NCBI GenBank assembly: GCA_000002445.1
Contig: CP000070.1
Span: 1,088,001-1,152,000, forward strand
Source of the DNA: Trypanosoma brucei
Taxonomy: Eukaryota
Reading direction: 5' to 3'
DNA length: 64,000 nucleotides
Below are positions 33,332 to 43,610 of the stretch, in pieces. Below the pieces are notes generated by a model. The model saw nothing but the letters and a program-made list of their open reading frames with translations, was not told where the DNA came from and ran no database searches. The translations under genes and the position numbers were made by a program. Positions within the stretch are counted from its first letter, which is position 1, and each line of letters opens with the position of its first letter.

Positions 33332-36300
33332 ATGAAGGTAGGATTCATGGTTGGGAAGACGTATCTTCGGTATGTTGTGGGCCCACAGGGTGGTGCTGTC
33401 GCGAGCAATGGTTCCCTTTCATGTTACAGCAGTATCACGCGTCCGTCGTATGCCAAATCAACGGGAGTGGCGAAGACAACTTACAGTGAACGCAATAACC
33501 GAAATCAGGGGAGGGATAAGTCCTCAACCGCGGCTTCTGCTGTGATTTTCACTGCAAGTCTGGAGGCTGTGCGGGTGTACTCTCTGCGCAGCGGTGTGCT
33601 TCAACATACGTTAATACCTAGGGAAGGAAAAATGCCGTTGGAAGTTACCGCCCTCCGTGTTGTACCACTGGATATGGTCGGAACATCAACAGCGTCGGCA
33701 ACGCCACTGAATACCCTCAATCAAATTGAGCAAGAAGGATGGATGCTGTTGGTCGGATACCACAACGGGCACGTGGCAGTTTTTTCGTGTGGTCCGACAT
33801 CGAATTACGGGGAACCAGTTTGCCGTTTCTACGCCCTCGGTCACAAGATAGATACATCAGTTCTATCCGTTGCCATAGACTCGCAGCGCGCTTGCCTTTG
33901 TAGCGGGGGACAAGATACCGATCTTACCGTGTGGGATGTTGTGACTCAAGAGCCCTCTTTTCGGTTGCGTGGGCATCGGGGAGGTATTGTCGGTGTGGAG
34001 TTCGTACCACAACGACGCCCAACAGGCCGTTTAGTAGTTGTCACGGGCTCATCGGATGGTCTGATTAAAGTGTGGGAACTATCCATACGTCAGTGCTTGC
34101 AGACAATTGTCGCATCGGATACACAAGTGTCGTCTATACTAATTGATGCTACCGGTAGTCGGCTGTACTGTGGCCTCCGCGAAAGTCAACTGAAGGTGTT
34201 CAATACGGAAGAGCTCACTGCATCAAGTGAAATGGACAAGGAATTGGGTGCCGTCACAGAGCACGGAGGTGTTCCGCGCAAACACCAGAAGCCAATAACT
34301 TCTTTTTCCTTTTCATATGACGGCAACTTTCTCTTGGCGTGCACAAGCAAAACTGTGGAAATCTTTCGTATTCTGTCCCGCGACGATGTGCGACGGAAGG
34401 TTGCGCGGAAACGTAAGCGTCGGGAGGCAAAGAATAGCGGTAATGCCCCATTGAACGATGTGGCAGAGGATGATGGAGACGAGCCCAACGCCCCGGGTGA
34501 TGAGGATAGAATTGAGGAGAAGTTGCCACCGACGAGAATAACCACTGATGGCAAAAGTGAGGCTAATGACGCGGGTAGCAAAAGCACGCATTCTGCCCAC
34601 GCTACAGCCATGGAAGAGATGGCCTTGTTACGCACTTTCTTTCTTGACGAGAAGGTGCGTAGTGCTTGTTTCGTTCCTCCTTTCCCAGGCATGAGCGGTG
34701 GCAGAGGTAGTGGTAGTCCTGGACAGCTCCACATCGCTGTAACGTTTAACAACAATACAGTGCGCACATTCACTACTGCGCTGACATGCGGCGACCCCCC
34801 AGCTGCTGCTATGTGGTCGCTCGAGAACCTTTCGATGCGCCATACGATGGATTACAGCGGACACCAGTCTGACATCCGCTCGTTGCAGTTTGTCGACGAC
34901 GACACGACGTTGCTTTCGTTAAGCTCTGAAAAGCTGATGATGTGGAACATCTCCACGAAAGACCCGGAAGAGGATCACAGAAACGAGCACGATTTCTATG
35001 ATGCCGTAGAGGCAAATGTGAAGCGGGGTGATAAAACAGGGTCGCTCACATGTACATCTCAGGTCGCGCTTGACGATGCCGTTGCTGTTGCAGCCATCGC
35101 CTCAAACCTGTGCTGTGTAGGGCGTAAAGATGGGTCCGTATTGTTGGTTGACCTTCCCGCGGCGGAAACAGTGTTCACAGACACTGCAGTGCATGTTGGT
35201 GGTGTGCGGCATGTTACTCCACTCCCCGATAAAAGTGGTTTCGTTTCTGTTGGTGCTGACCGTCGCATGATCGTTTGGACTCTTGCTATGGTGAAGGCTG
35301 GCTCCGATGCCGCCTCTTCTGGTTCTGGCTCTCAAGCAGCGTCTCACCGCCATAAAAACTCATCCCCCGATACTCCAGAACCAACCGATGAAAACGGGAA
35401 TGGAGAGACCGATACAAAGAATATGTCACTTCAGTTACTGCAAAGCGCACAACTCGAGTTAACGGAGAGTCCTTTGTTCGCTGTGTGTAGTGCCGACGGG
35501 CGGTTCCTCGCGGTTGGGTTACAAAACACAAACATTCAGCTGTTCTTTGCTGACACAATGAAGCCGTACCTTTCCCTCTACGGTCATAAACTTCCACCTA
35601 CCGCGGCAACGTTCAGCACTGACGGTACTCTCATTGCCTCTTGTGGCATGGACAAAGCTCTGCGACTGTGGGGGACGGACTTTGGTGATTGTCATCGTTC
35701 TATTCATGCTCACGATGACTACGTGACGGACGTTGCTTTTTTTCGGGATACTCACCAACTTTTAACTGTTTCACTTGACGGTACACTCAAACATTGGGAC
35801 GGTGATAACTGGATAATGATCCAAATGTTCCGTCAGCACCAACGGGGTGTGTGGGCGGTTGCGGCGACGGCAAATAGCACATGTGTTGCGACAGCGGGAG
35901 TTGACAAATGCATTCGCTGTTTCTTACGCACCTCTGACATTGTCTTCCCAGCGGAGGAAGAAGAACGGTTAGCTCAGGAGGCGATGGATGAGGAGGCAGC
36001 AAAGCGAGCAGCGATGCAGAGTTTAAATGGCATCCAACACCAGCAGGAAGTGGGTGTGGCGGGTCATGCGACTACGGCAACTGCCGCTGCCGCGGAAAAG
36101 ATAATGGAAGCGCTCGATTTGGTGTCAGTGGAGCTACAACGACGGAAGAACGACTCGGATAGTGCTCCCCCAAACCCGCTTCTGGTGAACAAAACCGTCT
36201 GGGAATATCTCTGGTCCATCATAGAAAGTGTGCGACCCAGTGACTTGCGTCACGCGCTGTCCAACCTCACGAGCACACATGTTGATGCCTTGCTGGACTA

Positions 36301-36664
36301 CGTCGAGCAGATGCTGAAGGAACGGGCCGTGCTTAACTATGAGACCGCTGCGAGAATTCTGCTCGCTTTGGTTGGCACACCGGCTTCGGTGGCAACAACT
36401 CACATCGCTCGCGTAGCCGTTGCAGGTGAAGTGTCCGAGGCGCGTGGGGCACGCCGTCTAGCCGCCCTCCGCCGAATGATTGCTGAAGGCCTCGATCAAT
36501 CAGCAACGCGCATGGACTATAACGTTTCCGGCTTGCAGTTTGTTCGTAAGATACTCGAAGACAGCGAGAAGGCTCGCTTCTTCGACGTGAGCAAAGTCCA
36601 GGGGTACAAACAAAGGTATCACAGTCGTGTCCTCCATGAAGAGCAAAGAGGAGAGAAGCATTAA
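33332..36664 (+). CDS. UTP12: U3 snoRNP / SSU-processome WD40-repeat protein UTP12 (WDR3/Dip2 homologue)
   Basis: There are multiple WD repeats (LTVWDV, IKVWEL, LRLWGTDFGDCHRSIHAHDDYVTDVAF, LKHWDG). The block LFFADTMKPYLSLYGHKLPP...ALRLWGTDFGDCHRSIHAHDDYVTDV...LKHWDGDNW...HQRGVWAVAATANSTCVATAGVDKCIRCF is closely collinear with yeast Utp12 VKVFFLDSMKFYLSLYGHKLPV...[25 protein letters not shown]...VKYWDGEKF...[29 protein letters not shown]. The C-terminal AEKIMEALDL corresponds to the GERLMEALDL of the Utp12 domain. Confidence 0.8.
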   Translation: MKVGFMVGKTYLRYVVGPQGGAVASNGSLSCYSSITRPSYAKSTGVAKTTYSERNNRNQGRDKSSTAASAVIFTASLEAVRVYSLRSGVLQHTLIPREGKMPLEVTALRVVPLDMVGTSTASATPLNTLNQIEQEGWMLLVGYHNGHVAVFSCGPTSNYGEPVCRFYALGHKIDTSVLSVAIDSQRACLCSGGQDTDLTVWDVVTQEPSFRLRGHRGGIVGVEFVPQRRPTGRLVVVTGSSDGLIKVWELSIRQCLQTIVASDTQVSSILIDATGSRLYCGLRESQLKVFNTEELTASSEMDKELGAVTEHGGVPRKHQKPITSFSFSYDGNFLLACTSKTVEIFRILSRDDVRRKVARKRKRREAKNSGNAPLNDVAEDDGDEPNAPGDEDRIEEKLPPTRITTDGKSEANDAGSKSTHSAHATAMEEMALLRTFFLDEKVRSACFVPPFPGMSGGRGSGSPGQLHIAVTFNNNTVRTFTTALTCGDPPAAAMWSLENLSMRHTMDYSGHQSDIRSLQFVDDDTTLLSLSSEKLMMWNISTKDPEEDHRNEHDFYDAVEANVKRGDKTGSLTCTSQVALDDAVAVAAIASNLCCVGRKDGSVLLVDLPAAETVFTDTAVHVGGVRHVTPLPDKSGFVSVGADRRMIVWTLAMVKAGSDAASSGSGSQAASHRHKNSSPDTPEPTDENGNGETDTKNMSLQLLQSAQLELTESPLFAVCSADGRFLAVGLQNTNIQLFFADTMKPYLSLYGHKLPPTAATFSTDGTLIASCGMDKALRLWGTDFGDCHRSIHAHDDYVTDVAFFRDTHQLLTVSLDGTLKHWDGDNWIMIQMFRQHQRGVWAVAATANSTCVATAGVDKCIRCFLRTSDIVFPAEEEERLAQEAMDEEAAKRAAMQSLNGIQHQQEVGVAGHATTATAAAAEKIMEALDLVSVELQRRKNDSDSAPPNPLLVNKTVWEYLWSIIESVRPSDLRHALSNLTSTHVDALLDYVEQMLKERAVLNYETAARILLALVGTPASVATTHIARVAVAGEVSEARGARRLAALRRMIAEGLDQSATRMDYNVSGLQFVRKILEDSEKARFFDVSKVQGYKQRYHSRVLHEEQRGEKH

Positions 36665-37117
36665 CCCAACCGCTGGGGAGAAGAGCAATAATGAAGGTAA
36701 CACATCCCAGCAATGTATCGCTGGTAATAAATCAGTCATGTGGTGGCTTTGCATCTTAATTAAAGTTCTACCTTGTGACAAAGGGCTGCAGCCTATGCTA
36801 GGAAGTAAAATGGAGCGTTAATTTTATTCGGTGGGGAGTATTATTGTAAAGGTCCCTCAATAAACGTGTAAGACGTAACCCAAAGTAGGGGCTTAAGGAA
36901 GGATGGAAGGGCACTAGAGCATGTGTCCAGTCGCAGGTGCACACGCATAAGCCCCAATGTTCCTCTCCTTGTATTCCCGTGTTCCGCCTACACGCGAACA
37001 CCCGTACAAACTCAAGAGCACAAATCACTGCATCATTGTTTCTCTTCACTCTTCCCATAATTTTTCAATGTTTGCACAGACCCCATAGCAAGTAAGTGGA
37101 GAAAAAGGTAACACACA

Positions 37118-37858
37118 GTGAGTAAGAAAAGCAGCAACGACGAGAAACAAAAGTTTGGCGTAATGGTGATGAAGGCTTTCCCCCTTTCCCTGTTAGCGGC
37201 AACCACTGTGTTATTACTGCTGCTTCCTGTTCCTGGTAGGTGTGCTGATTGCTTTGCTCATTCAAATGATTACTCCACTCCCGGGGAGCCGTTCGGCAAA
37301 TCGAAGCACACAATCACCTTAAGTGGTGGGAACTGGGGCACTGTCATAGGCAGTGACGGAAATGCACTAAAGACGGCCCTTCTACTTGACATTTACGCTC
37401 AAATACTGCGACGGCATGCTTTTAACACTTCCGTCACCGTCGACGATATGCGACAGGGAGAGCATGGCATGGAAGCTGAAGTAACCGTTACACAGGTTTT
37501 GTTGACTGATGTCCCTAGGGCCGACTTGCAGCATACATGGAATCCCAACGAAATAACATCGTTGTTAATGCAAGGGGTGTACAAACACACAAAAGATAAA
37601 CACGATCCGCATTCAGACGTCCATCTCGTTAGTGTCAGACTCCCCGCTGCGACTACAGAGCTCCACAAGTGTGGGAAGGCCTGTTGGACTGTTCGGTTAA
37701 TAGGCATCTTTATAGGGATAGCCATGATTCTCATTGCAGCATACACTATATTCATAACGCGTAAATGGGAAAAGCAAGCGGAAAAAGAACCGGATGACGA
37801 CTCTTCGCGGGAACCATTGCCAGAACAAGAACAGAGGAGGTCGAGAACACGCGTGTAG
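37118..37858 (+). CDS. Small type-I membrane protein, copy A of a 4-member family (signal peptide, about 150-aa ectodomain, one TM, short charged tail)
   Basis: MVMKAFPLSLLAATTVLLLLLPVPGRC forms a signal peptide. The C-terminal LIGIFIGIAMILIAAYTIFI is a TM segment followed by a charged tail. The motifs KTALLLDIYAQILRRHAF, LQHTWNPNEITSLLMQGVYKHT and LHKCGKACW are shared with the paralogues at 46100, 47900 and 49539. The likely true start is the Met at 37163 or 37169. Confidence 0.6.
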   Translation: MSKKSSNDEKQKFGVMVMKAFPLSLLAATTVLLLLLPVPGRCADCFAHSNDYSTPGEPFGKSKHTITLSGGNWGTVIGSDGNALKTALLLDIYAQILRRHAFNTSVTVDDMRQGEHGMEAEVTVTQVLLTDVPRADLQHTWNPNEITSLLMQGVYKHTKDKHDPHSDVHLVSVRLPAATTELHKCGKACWTVRLIGIFIGIAMILIAAYTIFITRKWEKQAEKEPDDDSSREPLPEQEQRRSRTRV

Positions 37859-37879
37859 CATCGTTTCATTAGCAGCGGC

Positions 37880-40800
37880 GACAACAATCCGAAGTAATGC
37901 GCGGTTAGTTGCGGACAACATTCCACTGCGTCTCTTTGATATACTTTTTTTTGCTTTTGCTTTTCGCTGCATATACCAGCACCCCACTCCACGTGTGGTG
38001 AGGAGCTTGGGGTGGCATTCTTTGTTTGAACGCCTCCCATCCCCTTTTATGTTATTTTATGTTTTTTTTCCCCCTCTTGCTCGTTTATTCCCGCCCACCT
38101 TGTTGCTTTGACTGCCCTATGTACGACTGATAAATATGCATTGGACAACACATGGCTACTATTCAGTGTCTAAATACATCTTGCACACGCGGTCTTCCTG
38201 TTACTGCATGCACGGAAACTACTTTGAGCCCCCCCTTCCTTTCCCTCCCTACTTTTTCATCTTTCATATTATACCACATACATTTTGTGTATTACTCATT
38301 TTACCGTTAGCACCACCTTGCAAAGTTGTTAGCGTAATATGGGAATGTGTGTATTATATACTTCCCAATTGAATCCATATTCGGGAAGTTTTCTGTCTCC
38401 TCACTCGCCTCGTTGAAATCCTGTTAGTTGTCTCGGTATCAATGATAATATTGATGTGTGTTGAATGGTGGTTTATGGATGTGACTGTATTTTGTTGCGT
38501 ATGAACCACTGGAATGATTAAAAGGTCCTTTTAGCACTGCGGGGTTATGAATATTAATAGCCTGCACTCGTGTCAATGTATCTGGTAGTATTTTCACACC
38601 CCACCCACGTGCAACTTTTTACCTTTGCTCTGAGTTATTCTACTCCACACACCCATCGTTGCAACATTATTGGAAGTTAAGTGCTTTAGTAGTCATTAAT
38701 TTTGTAACGACTCTAATTAACGCGGTTCCGGTCGACAAAATTAAGCACTGCTGACACCCACTTCTTTATTTCCCCCACCTGGAAACAATGACTCGGCAAT
38801 CCGATGTGCAAAAATCCATGAGGACAATTTCTGATGGAGCGGAAAAGGCAGTAGAAGTACGGAAATATGACGAGAAAGCGGTGCAGCAGCGGATGCAGAA
38901 ACTTTATGCCGATGTGGCGAAAAAGAAATTAGCTGAGAAGAAGCGAGCTGATGAGTTGGCGCAGATCCCGGTGTCGGAGGAGGATGTGCAACTTTTGGTG
39001 CGTGAATGCGGTTGGGAGGCGCAGGTGGCACAACAGAAACTCCGTGAGAGGAATGGAAGCGTTGTGGCGGTTCTTCGAGATGTTGCGGGACTCCCGAAGG
39101 CCAAAGCATCGAGTGGAACCTCCTGAAACCTGACAAACAAAAAAAAACATTTACAATATAATGGTTATGACTGATTGAATGAGAGCAGCAGCGAGAGAAA
39201 CGGAAGTTGGCGGGGCCCTTTTGGTTGACTTGTTACGAGATGCTCAGAGGTGTGGAGCGTAAGCATGTGTGTAATCCCACTGAAGACAATTGCATGGTGA
39301 TGCAGGGGATGTTTGAGTTCATACAAATCTCAAACAAACACTGTAGAGGCGTTGAACTCATTAATGTCAAACTCCATCTGATTATTTCAGGCACGAATGC
39401 CCTCATGTAGGATGAAAAGGATTGCCACTTCCTTCATGTCGCAACGGATTCGCTATCAATTGCAACAGCTCCGACCTACAGCTTGTTGTGAGTTTTTAAC
39501 GCGCTTGGACTTCGGTAATGAACTTGGAACTTGATTTCCTGAGGATCGCCGCGGTGCATAATTTGTTCCTTCCCCATTTGATGTGAGCAGTGCGGTGCAC
39601 TTAACCATTGTGGTATCACTGCTTCGCTTTCTATGAGTGTGTGCTGTACAAATCTAATTCCTCTTCCACTATTTACCGTATTTGAAGCTCATTAAAGGAA
39701 CCATAATTAGCAAAGGGGGCACACTCAGTTGTCAAGGCAGTGGAACCCACAACATCCGCGCACAGCGGTGACACAAATGCATAATAGCTGCTTTTCATAC
39801 ACCTCTATTGTGGGGATGTTGATTCTCAAAGCGTAGTGGTTGTAATTTGAAATCAGGCATGGAGCGTCTGGGTAGGCGCATCGAGGCCAATCGCTTTATT
39901 ATGGGACAGTTGGATGGTATGCGAGGGTGCACGCCTGCTGTTGGTTGCAGCGGCAGCCTCAAAAAATTAAGTTATGCAACACTCGGTGTATTGCGCCGGG
40001 AGAATATGCGGCGGTGCGGGTGAGCCCTTTCACTGCACTTTGGGCAGCGGGGGTTGGGATGGTATCTACAGGGGATCTACTTCACATTGGAAAGTAAACG
40101 TCACAACTGCTGTCTCGACTGGTCGCTGATAGAACCCGTGAGGTGGAGAGAGAGACTGCTAGACCGGAGTTCCCTTCCAGGACGGATTAGCATCGGCAAA
40201 CCGAGAGGCACAAGCACGCCCTCGTTGTTGAATTACTGATCGGCATTCTGTTGGAGGTATGAAGGAATCGCAGTGGCGGCGGTGTTGATTAAAGTTTGAG
40301 AAACCTCGAGGAAAGGGAAAACCTCGTGTCGCAAAAGTCACTATTTCCCGGGAGTCACACCGGCTATAGAGGCTGAAATTGAATACTTGAGAAAACAGTT
40401 GGGCGACTGTAAAGAACAACTTATAAAATACAGAGCACACTTTGAGCAGGTTAACCACGTTATTAAGAATAGACGAATTAAAGGAAATGGTTCAGCAGCA
40501 AGCTCAGACATTGGAAAAGCTCGAAAAATATTATCAAGAACAAAACGCCCAAAAGGTCCCGTGGCCGCTGATCCTCGGAAACGATGTCTGTAAACCCCCA
40601 ACCTTCCTCCATAGACCGTCAACAGAGCACTCAGATGTACCAACATGTTTCCACTACTCCGCTCGGCTTTAGTATAAACTGGGTCGGATGGAAAAACAGA
40701 GCGGAAACCTCTGAAGGACTTTTACAATTGTATGACGAATGTGGGACTACAATTGGGAATCCTGAGAGGCCTTCATGGTACAATTCTGTAAATTAATGGG

Positions 40801-41515
40801 GGGGAAGTGAATCATCTCTACATTTTTGGACGTTCACAAGATGGGTACGGTATTATGACCACTTCGTGGCTACGGCGAATAGAATGCCAATACAATATAT
40901 AACAACAGGGGCAGCTATGTATAAAACATGGCGAATGGAAATGGCAGCACAGAAAAGAGGAGTATTTATCCCACGGGCAATACAAGAAGGATTGGATACT
41001 GAAGGAGGTATCAATGTATGATAAGATGGCAAACGCAGCTGCAAAACAAAGAGCTCAGAGAAGTCGCCAAGGACGGAATTGAAGCAATTTCAACAACCAT
41101 CAGCGTCGAACAAGCCCAAACGGGCGAAGGAAGTCCCCATCGCGGAAACAGTAGCAAAGGCGAGACTGAGCGGGGCTCGTAAAATATACCGCTCCCGACA
41201 TAAGAGAATGAAACAAAAGGCGAAGAAAGAATGGTCAAAACTACAAATCCACAAGAACAGTGAATATGTTCGAAAACACATGGGAAACAAGAAAATTCTA
41301 TGGGGGTGTTGCGATCCGCGCGCGGATATACGCAACAAAGAGATACGGGGATGCACAAATAAAATAGTAGCTCCGGCACCACCTAACCCAGTGACTGTCC
41401 CCCGCGCGCAGATTAGGCCCTGTTCGTCAGGGAACTCTGAGCGAGAGCACTGTCCGGACCTTAAAATGCCCATTCAAGCACCGGAAGTCAAGCCGATGCT
41501 ATGGCGTAAACTATT
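37880..41515. repeat. Left arm (3636 bp) of a near-perfect inverted repeat
   Basis: The boundaries were located by direct reverse-complement comparison. gacaacaatccgaagtaatgcgcggttagtt starting at 37880 matches the reverse complement ending at 46117. Identity ends after ctatt at 41515, which pairs with aatag at 42482-42486. Every ORF-track peptide inside this arm has an identical mirror on the opposite strand of the right arm. One C/T mismatch was seen near the outer edge, at 37912 versus 46076. Confidence 0.9.
38788..39126 (+). CDS. HYPK-like / UBA-like small protein (copy 1, in the left arm)
   Basis: The 112-aa protein has a long charged helix (KKKLAEKKRADELAQ) followed by a C-terminal EEDVQLLVRECGWEAQVAQQKLRERNGSVVAVLRDV block that resembles the NAC-alpha/HYPK C-terminal UBA-like domain. 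Confidence 0.5.
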   Translation: MTRQSDVQKSMRTISDGAEKAVEVRKYDEKAVQQRMQKLYADVAKKKLAEKKRADELAQIPVSEEDVQLLVRECGWEAQVAQQKLRERNGSVVAVLRDVAGLPKAKASSGTS

Positions 41516-41528
41516 AGGCTGGCATTAA
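40387..41528 (+). mobile_element. Left-arm mirror copy of the 5' part of a degenerate retroelement (frameshifted ORF1-like region plus a basic K/R-rich ORF), truncated at the arm/spacer junction
   Basis: Three overlapping + ORFs in different frames (40387-40593, 40442-40672, 40584-40796) look like one frameshifted coiled-coil ORF. They are followed by 41079-41528, which encodes the basic protein MKQFQQPSASNKPKRAKE.... On the other arm this ORF reads on into the spacer, where RT motifs follow. Confidence 0.45.
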
Positions 41529-42481
41529 CACGCTTGCACGCATTGTTGAAAAAAACTGAACTTCCTCATTATTTCTTGGAACCAGTCTAGCGGCTCAGTT
41601 GCTAATACTTTTGCCGTAGCCACCAGGCTTCCAAATAATTTTTCAAGGTCTCGCAGGTCGATTAATTTCAAATATTCTTGTGTCGTCATCTGAATAAATT
41701 GTCTAGCCACATTATTTTCAATTTATTCAGATGTTTTTCTGTTACTTGTACACTTTTATTATTGTGGTCCAAGACCGCTCCTATGGAATCATAACTGGTG
41801 GCGTAAGGCAGCGGTTCGGATAATGTCACGCAGTATTTCTCCACCTTGCCGTGGAGGAGGCTAATTATTTTTGGCGCTTGTTTTTCCGTAATTGCTAGTC
41901 TGAAATTATCGATCCAGACATCACCGTCTATCATCCGGTGCTCTCAACGCGTTACCTGCGAGTGCCCCGTTAATGTCATTACCAACCACTGCATAATTTC
42001 GCAGCTTGTTGTTAATCCCATGGGCAATTGTGTCATTTCCAAAGGCGAACCATCTGCAGTTGCAATGGAGAAGCATGCGGTGGTGTTTACCGGCAGGTCA
42101 ATTTCATAGTAACTTGCTTTTAAATCACCCACTATTGCTCCAGCAGCGGAGAGTATGTCCAGGTACTCCTGGAACGGGTTTAATTCCACTATACAGCGAT
42201 AATCACACACATTATCTAAATAGTCATTCGTCGTGTTTGGCCATACCAATAGTCTCCTCCTGTTTTTCCAGGGTTCATCGACTGTAGATGCACGGGCGAC
42301 TGGGGGATCCACTGTCGATTTCGTGATATTCGCGCTGAGTACGGTCTTGGCATCACTGGATGATAGCCACTAACGCGCTGGGACGTCGCCTATTTCGTCC
42401 CGTCTTACGTATTGCGCGGCATCGGCTAATTGCCGGAGCAGCACTTGAATTCTTTCTTGCACCTTATTTTTTGTCGAACGC
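41516..42481. other. Unique 966-bp spacer of the palindrome, holding the RT fragment of the retroelement
   Basis: This region has no mirror partner. It is fully occupied by minus-strand ORFs that continue the right-arm retroelement. Confidence 0.8.
41525..42312 (-). pseudogene. Frameshifted reverse-transcriptase fragment (Ty3/gypsy- or DIRS/VIPER-like) with a degenerate YxDD box
   Basis: The minus-strand ORF 41944-42312 contains GDLKASYYEIDL...TTACFSIATADGSPLEMTQLPMGLTTSCEIMQWLV. This is collinear with RT motifs iDLrsGYhQI ... KTAFrt.yG.yEf.vmPFGLtNAPa.FQ. The next ORF, 41686-41934 in another frame, has DVWIDNFRLAIT where VYlDDILIfS is expected. Frameshifts separate three consecutive ORFs. 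Confidence 0.55.
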
Positions 42482-43610
42482 AATAGTTTACGCCATAGCA
42501 TCGGCTTGACTTCCGGTGCTTGAATGGGCATTTTAAGGTCCGGACAGTGCTCTCGCTCAGAGTTCCCTGACGAACAGGGCCTAATCTGCGCGCGGGGGAC
42601 AGTCACTGGGTTAGGTGGTGCCGGAGCTACTATTTTATTTGTGCATCCCCGTATCTCTTTGTTGCGTATATCCGCGCGCGGATCGCAACACCCCCATAGA
42701 ATTTTCTTGTTTCCCATGTGTTTTCGAACATATTCACTGTTCTTGTGGATTTGTAGTTTTGACCATTCTTTCTTCGCCTTTTGTTTCATTCTCTTATGTC
42801 GGGAGCGGTATATTTTACGAGCCCCGCTCAGTCTCGCCTTTGCTACTGTTTCCGCGATGGGGACTTCCTTCGCCCGTTTGGGCTTGTTCGACGCTGATGG
42901 TTGTTGAAATTGCTTCAATTCCGTCCTTGGCGACTTCTCTGAGCTCTTTGTTTTGCAGCTGCGTTTGCCATCTTATCATACATTGATACCTCCTTCAGTA
43001 TCCAATCCTTCTTGTATTGCCCGTGGGATAAATACTCCTCTTTTCTGTGCTGCCATTTCCATTCGCCATGTTTTATACATAGCTGCCCCTGTTGTTATAT
43101 ATTGTATTGGCATTCTATTCGCCGTAGCCACGAAGTGGTCATAATACCGTACCCATCTTGTGAACGTCCAAAAATGTAGAGATGATTCACTTCCCCCCCA
43201 TTAATTTACAGAATTGTACCATGAAGGCCTCTCAGGATTCCCAATTGTAGTCCCACATTCGTCATACAATTGTAAAAGTCCTTCAGAGGTTTCCGCTCTG
43301 TTTTTCCATCCGACCCAGTTTATACTAAAGCCGAGCGGAGTAGTGGAAACATGTTGGTACATCTGAGTGCTCTGTTGACGGTCTATGGAGGAAGGTTGGG
43401 GGTTTACAGACATCGTTTCCGAGGATCAGCGGCCACGGGACCTTTTGGGCGTTTTGTTCTTGATAATATTTTTCGAGCTTTTCCAATGTCTGAGCTTGCT
43501 GCTGAACCATTTCCTTTAATTCGTCTATTCTTAATAACGTGGTTAACCTGCTCAAAGTGTGCTCTGTATTTTATAAGTTGTTCTTTACAGTCGCCCAACT
43601 GTTTTCTCAA
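41525..43610 (-). mobile_element. Degenerate VIPER/DIRS- or LTR-class retroelement remnant on the minus strand: a frameshifted ORF1-like region, a basic ORF (42370-42918) and the RT fragment. It is truncated where it abuts the left arm.
   Basis: The minus-strand ORFs 43404-43610, 43325-43555, 43201-43413, 42370-42918, 41944-42312, 41686-41934 and 41525-41710 are contiguous in one direction. The RT motifs are as described for the RT-fragment pseudogene feature. The element ends within about 10 bp of the palindrome junction at 41515/41516. Confidence 0.5.

Noticed and set aside
37399-38040. A 213-aa minus-strand ORF antisense to family copy A, and a 137-aa + ORF at 45957-46370 sharing its first 54 aa
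   Set aside because: The shared segment is just the arm sequence read in a non-coding frame, and divergence starts exactly at 37880. There is no protein-like composition.
37794-38111. A 105-aa ORF (and its partial mirror at 45886-46170) spanning the outer palindrome boundary
   Set aside because: It is non-coding-like (L/F/P-rich). It crosses from a gene's 3' end into the repeat, and its mirror diverges exactly at the arm boundary, so it is a chance ORF in the 3' flank.
41090-41473. A 127-aa minus-strand ORF (and its mirror at 42524-42907, +) antisense to the basic retroelement ORF
   Set aside because: The sense ORF is longer and continues into the RT-bearing region. The antisense product is Cys/Phe-rich without any motif.
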